Part shown: positions 53,601-64,000 of the stretch, one piece after another | Position numbering within the stretch: the first letter of the stretch is position 1 | Layout: the number at the start of each line of letters is the position of its first letter | DNA from: Octopus vulgaris | Taxonomy: Eukaryota | NCBI GenBank assembly: GCA_951406725.2 | Contig: OX597831.1 | Span: forward strand, 53,816,001 to 53,880,000 | DNA: 64,000 bases | Reading direction: 5' to 3' | Notes under the pieces: generated by a model | Database searches by the model: none | The model's input: only the letters and a program-made list of their open reading frames with translations | What the model was told of the DNA's origin: nothing | Program-made: the position numbers and the translations under genes

Positions 53601-54180
53601 CATTATTTACATTTGATGGATATTTGACCTCGCAACATTTCAGCTGATATACCCTCCAGCCTTCGTGGGGTGTCTTGGAGAAATTTCGAACCTGGGTTCT
53701 CATTCCTAAGGCATTTTTCAATGTTATTATTATTATTATTATTCAGGTCACTGCCTTGAATCAAACTTGGAATATTGAGGTTAGTAGCCTGCACTCTTAA
53801 CCACTACACCATATGCCTGTGGGCAATTATAGAGTGAATTTTAGAGCTTATAAATCTAATATTTTCCTATCCTTCCTTAATGCCAGTTCCCATATGCTAT
53901 TCATATCTGCATTCAGTTTGCTTAGGAGGTTGTTGTGTCCTAGCATATGTGCTGCTTTTTTTAGTTTTCATATTTTTCAGTGGTGTTCTCTGTCTTTTAT
54001 TTTAACTTCATCAGTGACCTGAATAATAATAATAATAACATTGAAAAATACCTTAGGAATGAGGACCCAGGTTCAAAATTTCCCCCAAGACACCTCATGA
54101 AGGCTGGAGGGTATATCAGCCGAAACGTTGTATTAACAACAAAGAAGATGAAGACAAATATCTGTCAAATGTAAATAATG
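53601..54180 (-). mobile_element. 5'-truncated Penelope-like retroelement: GIY-YIG C-terminus, tRNA-like segment, pLTR and inverted pLTR
   Basis: Arms 53601-53753 and 54012-54180. Minus 54012-53848 translates DEVKIKDREHH*KI*KLKKAAHMLGHNNLLSKLNADMNSIWELALRKDRKILDL*. Hammerhead 54090-54133: ACAC-CTCATGA-AGGCTG...CAGCC-GAAAC-GTT-GTAT. Confidence 0.82.
53750..53817 (-). other. tRNA-like (Pol III A/B box) segment within the PLE 3' region
   Basis: GGCATATGGTGTAGTGGTTAAGAGTGCAGG-CTACTAA-CCTCAATATTCCAAGTTTGATTC: A box, anticodon-like loop, decayed B box. Confidence 0.6.
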
Positions 54181-54721
54181 AAATTTCATGTGTTTCAAAC
54201 ATAGTGGCAAAGTTATTTTCTTAAATTCTTCATTATTTTAAAACTTTATTGAAACAATAACAATGTGTTTCAACAAAAATCTGGCAATGAAAGGGTAAGC
54301 AAACTTTCAAGCTTGATATTACTCTAAACAAGAAGCATTCTAGGAAAATAGGTCAGCAGTGGACTGACAAGGCAAAACAGTGGATGAGAATCTTGACCTA
54401 TGAATCAACTGCTAAGGTCTAAATTTCATGGTAATAATTGTTACCCACTTCTACCATTGTTAACAACAGTGTAATCAGTTTCACATGTTTTCTTAAGTTT
54501 GGACAGGTCTACTGGCATAAATTAAATGGGTTTGCATACAATATGTGGCTTCATAATAAAATATTGTCTGACTTCATGTTGTGCACAACAGTATTTCATT
54601 TTTACAGGGGAAATAAAATAAAATAAAAGTAACAGTTATGTCCTTACCATGTAAGAAGATCTTTCAACTAAGAAACACACCGAACCTATTTAATGATACA
54701 ATGACTCCCATTTATAGTATA

Positions 54722-55407
54722 CTAGCTGAATAGCCCGTCATTGACAGGCAATTTTTACAATAGAATGTCTTCTCTAAATCTTTGCTTATTCCATGTCAGA
54801 CCATGCCCTCCCTGAGAGTTAGGCCTCTTGATCAGGACAGATTTGTGTAATTTTTTGCGAAAAACTTTGTTGAGGATTTTTTTTCCTTTTTAAATTATTT
54901 ACATATCTGTTTGACTGTTTCACAGGACTATTCATTAAAACTTCAGAAGTACTTACAACTTTGATCATTGTAACACTTTGCTTTGGTTTGTTTAATAAAA
55001 ATTCTTCCTCCTTATGATATTTTGCCTTCATTTTGTGATAGACAGTAATCATGCAGAAAATGCCAGCTATCATGTAGAAAATACCTGTTTTCAAATCCTG
55101 TTTTCTGATTAGGTAAAACTGATTAAACTTTAAACTTCAGTAACATTTTTCTGCAATTTTTCTCAAACAAATAAATAACAAAATTGGATTCAATGTGGAG
55201 AATTATTTCAATATACCAAATTTGAAAATTTTGACGTTATTTTAAAATCTCACAGTATGTGATAGCAACAGGGAAGACCCTACAATAGTTGAGAGACAGA
55301 CAGTTATAGGATGTGATACACGCACACACATACACACAATTACAAATGTACACACAGGTTATCATGAGTTTAAAATGGAGTATAGTAGACATATATATGT
55401 ATGTTTG

Positions 55408-55440
<33 letters not shown>

Positions 55441-56454
55441 GTATGTATGTATGTCTGTGTGAGTGTTTCTTTGCGATGGACATCAGAAAAGCCACCTACT
55501 CCATCTCTCCCTAAAACTACATATTCCTCACACCCACCTTTCTGTGTGTGTGTGTGTTGTATCTATGTATTTATAAATGTATGTATGTAGTGTACATGTA
55601 TATGACAGCTGTATTGATATTACCATCCCATTGCCACTCAATATTTTTCCCTTACCTAATGTTGTTCTCCCCTTCCCTGATATAAGTCACTCTCACTCTG
55701 CTACTGCCTTTCCCTCCGACTAATACATTTTGCACCCTTCTCATTTTATCATATAATTCACCCAATCCCCCGGGGGGGGGGGGGGCACATTGTAGATTTT
55801 TTTATTGAAATCTAATTAACCTATTGTTGAACTGGATGTTAGTGTAACATGTATGCAAAGTTTTGTGAATATTGGTTTGCTGGTTTAAGCACTATCATGG
55901 TAACAGACAGACAGAAATTGCCTTTTATAATATACTAGCAGTATCGCCTGGCGTTGCTCGGGTTTGTAAGGGAAATAACTATATAAGCATTTTTAGAGAG
56001 TTACTTCCCTTATAGATGCCAATTCGGGCTTTCTTAGCCATTTCTGTTTTGGTGTCTTCAAGCCATGAAGTCATTGTTCTAAAAGAACGCTGGTCTCCTT
56101 GACAACGCTTTATGACATTGATTTCCTTACACTCCCTTCCCCACAGCTTCACAAGGGAGGGAAGAAGGGGGAGAAGCAAACAGGTGCAGGTGTGACCATG
56201 AACGCCAACTCCGCCGCCATCGACACACGAAAAATTATGCATTAAAATGGAATAAAAAATGATGTTAAATTATTTTTAAAATCGTAGACTCATCGTAGAC
56301 GCATGCTAATACTCAGACGGGCTCGATATGAATCACGACTATAAGATACCCGAACTTGGTTAAACTGCACCGCAAAATGTGGGAGTAGTTAGGAATCTAA
56401 ATCGAAGGGGACAGACACTCACACAACTACAGTTTTATATATATAGATATAAGA
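54722..56454 (-). mobile_element. Non-autonomous Helitron (host of a nested Helitron)
   Basis: 3' hairpin GCCTGTCAATGACGGGC followed by CTAG|T at 54722. The 5' end reconstructs as A|TCTTATA+TATATTATAAAAGGCAATTTCTGTCTGTCTG once 55935-56447 is removed. Confidence 0.7.
55935..56447 (-). mobile_element. Younger non-autonomous Helitron
   Basis: 5' end A|TCTATATATATAAAAC; 3' hairpin CCCGAGCAACGCCAGG followed by CTAG|T; CpG-rich. Confidence 0.85.
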
Positions 56455-58917
56455 TGTCAGAGTGCTGTTTGAGTTCAGAGAGTATACGATAACTATCAAG
56501 AGATAATTTGTAACCCATTAAAGTACTAAAATCATCATCATTGTTATCATTTTTTTTCATGTCCACTTTTTCCATTCTAACAGAGGCTGGACAAAATGTA
56601 TTGAGGCTGCACTCTAGAGCCAAATGCTCTTCCTGTCATCAACCCTTACTCATTTATCAGGCAACATATTCTTTACTCCATTTGTCTTCATACAAAACCA
56701 ACAAAACACACTGAGCTATGGAATGTATAGTCTATGAGAGAGACACTGTGAAGTGGTTGGTGTTAGGAAGAGCATCCAACCATAGGAACCATGTCAAAGC
56801 AGACACTGGAGCTTGACACAGTCTTCTGGCTTGCCAGCCAGCCCCTGCTGAACTGTTCAATCTATAACAGCAAAGAAAACAGACATTAAATGACTATGAT
56901 GTTAATGATGGTAAGCCAATGCACTAATGTTCAAATGGTGTTAATGTGATGACACACAAAACAAAGACTCACCACACACGTGTGCATGCATACACACACA
57001 CACATGGTAGGATGTTGTATTTCCTTCAACTGAATTTCATACACAAATAATTAATTAACCAAAGGTTTTAACAGAGGACACTAACCCCAGGTGGAATGGA
57101 AACTGAGATTTTATAATACCATATACTCATTTTCTCGAAATTGATTTTAAAAATTCATAAAAGGAAGGATACACTGATTGATGTACTTCTAGATATACTA
57201 CAAAATCTCAGTCCACCTGAAAACAATAGTTAAATTAGTGCTAGTAAATTTTGATGTAGGGAACAATAATAAGCTAACAAGATATAAGGACACAGTGAAA
57301 AAAATATTGAGTAATTTTATTTTAATACATTTGGCAAGTACTGGAGACAACCTTGATCAGGTTCTGATCTAGTTATGACTTCATCAGTAATACATAAATC
57401 TTCTGTAGATTCAGTGATTCTATGGTAAGGAGAGAAAGTATATTTTTCACTAATGATGTTACAATAAGATCAAAACATGTCTTGAGTTGTATCCCATACC
57501 TGTCAAATTAACTAAAATAATATTAGAACTATTGATAAATATTGTTTCCTTTTATTCATTGCATAATCATTTTTAGCTGAACTTATATTGTTCCTTGTAT
57601 TAAATGTGTTAATGCTAACTTCACTAGACATGGAATGTTTGATTAGACAATGGTGAGAATATCACAGCTACAACACCTTTGATTACAGGCATGCTGGATG
57701 ACCTAGGGTTAAACAACAGCAACTTAAAATAAGATGGCCTTGAGTCATTGAGAACCAAATATCTTTTCCTTGACTTAATCTGAATGAAAAAAATGCATTT
57801 TCGAGATTATTCTGCCAACTAAAATTATCTGTCAATCATGTTGGAATTTATTTTAGTGAGACAATTCTGGATAACAAATTTGTAAGGAAGTGTGTTGAAT
57901 CCTATTTCACACAGGGGATCTATGCTAGCTGCATTTTCAGTGCAGAAAAAGCTTTCTTCAAAGGTTATCAATATTTTTGTGGTACTTCACATGTGTCTGA
58001 ACTCTATGTGTGAGTGTGTGTGAGTGTGTGTGAGTGAAATGTAAGCACAGACAGGCAAATGGACAGAAAGGTAGATAAAAAAAAAGAAGATACATAGAGG
58101 GAAGGAGAAAGAGGTGAGGGAGAGAAATGAAAAGTGGGCAGTTGCAATGTGTATGTGTATATAGCTATATAGCTATATATCTATATCTCTCTCTATATAT
58201 ATATAGATAGATAAATATAGATATATGATAGATAGCTAGAGAGAGACACAGAAACAGAGAGAGGGTGAGGAAAGTGGGAATGTGTATGCATAACGAGATA
58301 GCTGGTTAAATAGATTGAGATATAGACAGACAAACAGATAAAGAGACAGTTTATGAATGACACTACATAACACAATATTAATTACTCAGATTTCTAATAC
58401 AATATGTAATTAAAAACGTACTAATTTGATAAATGATAGCTAGTCCTGCTTTTTAATTTATGTTATCTATGTTACATAATTTTAAATTAACAACAACAAA
58501 AAAACAAGCAAAAGAATAAAATACAATTAATTAACCAAGTTGTTATTTCAAAGTAAGGATTAACATTGACTCAACCTTGATCAAGAAAACATATACATTC
58601 CAGCCATGACCACCTCAACATATTTGGGAGTATTCTTTTATTCTTTTAATTGTTTCAGTCATCTGACTGCAGCCATGCTGAAGCACCACTTTAAGGGGTT
58701 TTTTAATCAAAGAAATCAATTCCAGGTCTTATTCTTTGAAAGCCTAGTACTTATTCTATCAGTCTCTTTTGCCAGACTGTTAAGTTACAGGGACACACCA
58801 ACATCAGTTGTCAAGCAATGGTGGGATGACGAACATAGACACAAGGAAAGACACACAAATATATATATATATGTATATCTTTTCCTTGTATATGTATATC
58901 TTTTTCTAACATATTTC

Positions 58918-58969
<52 letters not shown>

Positions 58970-59150
58970 GCTTCATTCAGTTTCCATCTACTAAATCCAC
59001 TCACAAAGCTTTGGTTGGCCCTAGGCTATAGTAGAAGGCACTTGCCCAGTGTGCCATGCAATGGGACTGAACCCAGAACCATGTGGTTGGGAAGCAAGCT
59101 TCTTACCACACAGCCATGCCTGCGCCTATATCTAGGGCTTTTTTTCATAA

Positions 59151-59325
59151 CCCTTTAGTATTCAAACTGACCATGTCAGGCCTGTTTCATGTTTAAACTG
59201 ACTAGATCAGACCTCTCACACCTACCCTGCAATGTCATTCTAAAAATTAACAATCACATCATTGTAATCTCAAAGCTACAAGATAATGAATGATAAATTG
59301 ACAGAGTAATCTGAATGCTTCAGGG
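59151..59325. mobile_element. piggyBac-type MITE
   Basis: TAA|CCCTTTAGTATTCA...TGAATGCTTCAGGG|TTAA; related sequence at about 48276. Confidence 0.6.
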
Positions 59326-61485
59326 TTAATGGGCCCTTCCTTGTTTGATACAAGCATCTACATGGTTTTCAAAGATGAACATCAGAGAGTTAGTTCCTAA
59401 TATGTTTATTCTAAAGTCACCGATAGCATTGAATTCAACATTGCAGGCTTATGAAACATTTAATGATTATGGTTTCTAATTTAAGCACAAGGCTTGCAAT
59501 TTTGAGGTGAGGGAATGAGTTGGAACCATCAATCCCAGCACCTCATCAGTAATTTATTTTATTGACCTCCAGAAGGATGAAGGGTGAGAATGTAACAGTT
59601 GACCTCTGCAGGATTAGAACCCAAAATGGAGAGAGCCAGAAATGCTGCAATATATTTTTACTGATGCTCAAAAGCTCTACCAGCTCACTGGCTTAAATAA
59701 CACTTTCAAATTTTGGCACAAGGCCAGAAATTTCAAGAGAAGGAGCTAAGTCAATTACATTGATCCCAGAACTCAACTGGTACTTATTTAATCAACCCCG
59801 AAAACATGAAAGGCAAAGTTAACCTCTGCAGAATTTGAACTCTATAGGAGCTGTCTTTCCCCTATTTGCAGGATTCACCCACTGATACCCTTTAATTACA
59901 GGTTTATCTTTAAATCAACAATATACCAAATCCCACTTTTATATAATATTTATTGGAGTAATATCTATGTAAGTGCTTATGTATGTACACACACGTGTCT
60001 ATGTGCATAGAATATAAAGAGCCAGAAAAAATGTCACAAAGCATTTTGTTTGATGCATTAACAATTCTACTACCTCACCACCCTTAAAAAATAATCATGT
60101 TCAGAAAGTGGGATATTATTTTATTTTATTGTGATAAAGTGGAGAGATTTGACATTTTGAACATTCTAAGATGAAATTATCTTCCTGAAACACTAGTTCT
60201 CTTCTCATCCACATGGGAAAATTAACGTATTCCACTTTCTAAACATTTTGCCTGATATTTTTAGTATTTACTGACTCAGACCATCACAAGAGCCAATGAG
60301 GGCTCCTATATGTGGTCACTCAACATGCTTGAAATAGCAGCCAAATCCCCTCCCCCACCTCCTGCAATCACATTTTACCATCTTAAAAAGAGAAGAAACA
60401 TAAATTCAAGGCAATGTAACCCTGGATTTATAATGTTTTAAACAATGTGGTGATTATTTTGATTTGAATGCCTTTCATGACAGATCTACTCAATTAGGGT
60501 TGAACTTGGTACTAATCAACAACAAATTACCAATAATGTCCTCCAAATTTATCATTTAACTTGATTATTATATTCTGCTTATATTGCACTAGTCCTGTGG
60601 TACCAATTTACAGTCAGGGGTACTGGGACAAGATGAGCTGAGGATCTTGGTGACAAACCATCAACCTTCACCTGGTAGCTCAACACCCTATCTAATTTGC
60701 TGCTCTAGTTTTATCAGTTGCTATTTAATAGGATAATGTGCCCTGTTTATCTATGTCATAATTGCTGTTTGTGTGCAAAGTTCCAGCACAAAAGAGTGTG
60801 AAATCTTATTTACACTTTTGATATCAACTTGCCTAAAACCACTTTTGGTTCTATGATACAAATATCCTATTTTTAAGTGATTTAAATTAAAACCTTCCAT
60901 CAAACTTTCTTAAGCCAAATTCCCAAAACCAGTTTAATAATAGCACATTTATTTTACTAAATTCTTCATTGCTTTCAAAATTAATTAAAACAAAGCAGTA
61001 TATTTTAACAGAAATATAGTAACAAAGGGGTTAAAGTAAATAATTCCTCAAACAGATTTTTTTAGTTGAACTAAATAATATAATTCTTTTAAAAATGCTT
61101 TTAAATAAAAAGAATTGATAACATTTGTTCATTCTTTGGTACTTTGAACATTTTTCAATACTAACAAGAAAGAACTCATTAAACAATTCAAATCCAGAAG
61201 GAAAAAAGTCAGAAAATAGTTGAAGCATTAATAATGAAAAAGAAAGGCATTGGAGGGGGCGATGCATACCCTGAGTGCAGATAAATTTTTTCCCAAATTA
61301 TAATGTGGCTTACAATGCGTTGCTTACCCATACTTTTTAATTCAAATGAGTAATTTTTTTAAGTATCACTATTATTCTAATTCTATTAAGTGAAATTCAG
61401 AAATCAGCTCATAGATAAATGAAACCCTTGAATCTATCAGTGTACATATATACATACACATACATATATGCATGCACAGAGTTGC

Positions 61486-61935
61486 ATATCTATGTAAGTG
61501 CTTATGTATGTACACACACGTGTCTATGCGCATAGATACACCATGATCTGTATACACACAGATGAGGGGCAATTCATATGAAAAAGAAAGTGAACAAAAT
61601 GATATGACTACTTGCTTATCAGGAAATTTGTAAGTTTAATTCTTGATAATTTTTTTTTTTTTAAGTATCATCATTATAGGTATTTATACTCTGATGAAAT
61701 TAAGAAATCAAGTTGTAAATAAGTAAAACCCCCGAATCCATCACTGCACACACACACACACAGAGTCACATATCTATGTATGTATTTATGCATGTATGTA
61801 TGCACACATGTCTATGTGCATAGATACACCATGATCTATACACACACAGACAAGGGGCAATTCATATGAAAAGAAAGTGAACAAAATAATATGACCACTT
61901 ACTTATCGGAAAATTTGCAAGTTTGATTTTTTTAA
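61486..61935 (+). repeat. Direct duplication of about 165 bp, period about 285
   Basis: 61486-61650 resembles 61770-61935; the first 50 bp also occur at 59961-60011. Confidence 0.8.
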
Positions 61936-62214
61936 AAATCCTTTTCTTTTTTAAAGATAATCAAACCAAATGCTCATCATTTTGAGCCAAATGTGGTGAA
62001 AATCCATTCAGCTGTTTTCCAGTAATTTTGCAAACACACAAACAAAGATGAGTGATAACAATACTATGCTTTTGCTTATGCATGCAGGATAATTAGAAAA
62101 ATTTCTCTTTTAGTTATAACATTTTCCTTGATATTCTCTGGAACTGAAATCTGCTTCTTCATCCCCTATTATTATAGGGGATGTCTAACATCCTGAATAA
62201 AATTCAAATGCTGT

Positions 62215-62254
<40 letters not shown>

Positions 62255-63013
62255 ATTGTAAAATTGGATAAAAAAGTTGAAGTATTTAGAATAAAAAGTA
62301 AGAAAATTTATCTTAAAAAATCCCAAAATAAAACTGAGTCTAAAATATTGAATTGAAAATAACCATAATTTTTAAGGTATAGCTGTAGTAAGATTTAAAT
62401 AATTTCTAAGACAAAATACTGTTTAAGCATATTGCTGGCAGAAAACCAATTTGGCTTTCTAAGATATAAGTCAACATAAGACATGATTTTTATTACATAT
62501 CAACACTGAGCAACAAAGAAGAAATTCTTTGCATATAGTTGCTTTAAGAAATCAATGACCGAATTGATTATCAACCTGTATATTTTATATCAGAATAAAA
62601 CCACTAAAATATATGTTTATTAATCATCCATATGCATTGTAGCTGTCATAATATGGTCAATTTCAACATCACAACAGCTGCTACCAAAGAGAATTGCAGG
62701 TACGTCTTGTGAACTGAATGTGAATTTTTCCAATATTACTAAACATTAGTGAATATCATCAATATTTATGTCTCGTCAAATCTGTGGCAACAATAAGGAA
62801 TATTCAATAGATTTATGATATTTTTCTTTCTTTTTATTCTATGACTGATGAAGCACACCCATGTGGGCTATCAAAAGACGAAAAGAAAAAGTCAATATAC
62901 GAATATATATATGTGTGTGTGTATGATACATATATATATATATGATATATTGTGAGTATATGTGTATATGTGTACACATATGTACACATGAATATATGCA
63001 TGTGTGTGTGTAT

Positions 63014-63054
<41 letters not shown>

Positions 63055-63194
63055 TTGTTATTTAACAAATAGTTTAAATACTATAGCCATCTTTAAGAGA
63101 AACAAAGATGTGTTTAGAAACTTAGGTTTTGGCTAGTATTGGTCCAGCCAATGATCAATGTGGTACCATATTTAACATGGTATATTTGTTTTAA

Positions 63195-63394
63195 CCCTTT
63201 TGATACCATCCTGCCTAAGACTGTCCTTGTTCTTATGATATCATTTTCTTGGTTTAAAGTGATTTAAATTAAAACCTTCCAAGCTAAAAAAAACTAGCTT
63301 GATAACAACAAAGTTATTTTACTAAAATTCATTATTTTTACAATTAATTGAAACGAAGGCAGTGTATTTCAAAATAAATTTTGGAACAAAAGGG
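63195..63394. mobile_element. piggyBac-type MITE
   Basis: TTAA|CCCTTTTGATACCA...TGGAACAAAAGGG|TTAA. Confidence 0.8.
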
Positions 63395-63413
63395 TTAAAT
63401 GAAAAGAAAGTTT

Positions 63414-63710
63414 TTTTTGTTTGTTCCTTCTCTTACCATGCCTGGCTCATAAGGGCTGGTTTCCCGGTTTCCTTGCCATACAGGTTCCCCACCTGGATAG
63501 GACGCCGGTCCGTCACAGGTGAGCTGCAAGATGCAGGAGGAAAGAGTGAGGGAAAGTTGTGGCGAAAGAGTCATCAGAAGTTTGCCATTACCTTCTGCTG
63601 GAGCTTAGGTGTTTCGCTCATAAACACACACATCGCCCAGTCTGAGATTCGAACCTGTGATCCCTCGACTGTGAGTCTGCTGCTCTAACCACTAGGCCAT
63701 GTGCCTTCAC
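63414..63710 (-). mobile_element. tRNA-derived SINE family 3
   Basis: Head TGGCCTAGTGGTTAGAGC...GGTTCGAATC (A and B boxes), GC-rich body and A-rich tail. Confidence 0.8.
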
Positions 63711-64000
63711 AAATGAAAAGAAAGAAATCATATGATTTAGCTAGATGGAAAAAGAGTAACACCTGTATTTTTTTTAAAGACGTCTGAAACTGTTGAATGA
63801 AAGTTATCCTCAAATCAGTGATCTGACCTGAATAATTGAAACTGTATAAACTCTGCTAAAGCTTTGCAAGCACCAGTTGATGCTAGTGTTAGACCTGGAG
63901 ACAGAATAATTCAAAATGTAACTTCCTTTCAAGCAATATATATGTGTGTGTGTATTTGTGTCTATGTATGTATGTAAGCAAAGGCACAGGCATGTTTGCT

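Larger units (their letters stand above)
53471..54295. mobile_element. piggyBac-type MITE hosting the Penelope insertion
   Basis: TTAA-TCCTTTTGATACC...AAAGGG-TAA; same family as 60813-61030 and 63195-63394. Confidence 0.6.

Noticed and set aside
54649-57500. Candidate minus-strand exons (about 54649-54686 and 57320-57499; also 36895-36943)
   Set aside because: AG/GT signals exist but give no consistent frame or recognisable protein; RNA-seq would be needed.
57381-63585. Isolated CTGATGA motifs (57381 minus, 62844 plus, about 63572 minus)
   Set aside because: No correctly placed GAAAC..UH with stem I closure; the last lies within a SINE.
63630-63710. Apparent tRNA gene (also 2187-2252)
   Set aside because: These are SINE heads: no acceptor stem, and continuous with a SINE body or truncated.

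Overview
AT-rich, microsatellite-dense eukaryotic DNA with no recognisable intact host protein-coding gene. Most ORF-track entries are translations of (TA)n, (CA)n, (TATG)n or (TAGA)n. The SINE, RTE and Tc1 repertoire looks like a coleoid cephalopod (Octopus-like) genome; this is inferred from repeat recognition only. The window holds many mobile elements: three tRNA-derived SINE families, a full-length defective DD34D mariner (19353-20615), a DD37D maT-type element (30357-31660), several Helitrons including one with Rep-helicase remnants and a nested pair, Tx1/L1, RTE and R4/Dong LINE fragments, and piggyBac, hAT and pogo-type MITEs. The standout signal is about 15 short insertions from more than ten unrelated sequence families, mostly inside (TA)n tracts. 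Many are long fold-backs with a one-sided tail, and they carry type I hammerhead ribozyme cores (CTGANGA...GAAAC...GTH closed by stem I). Variants include minimal palindromic stem III forms, greatly enlarged stem II forms and core substitutions. One copy (53601-54180) keeps the C-terminus of a Penelope-type GIY-YIG endonuclease and a tRNA-like segment, tying the system to Penelope-like retroelements or retrozymes. Two loci show circularly permuted or terminally redundant monomers. All coordinates were read by eye and may be off by a few bases.
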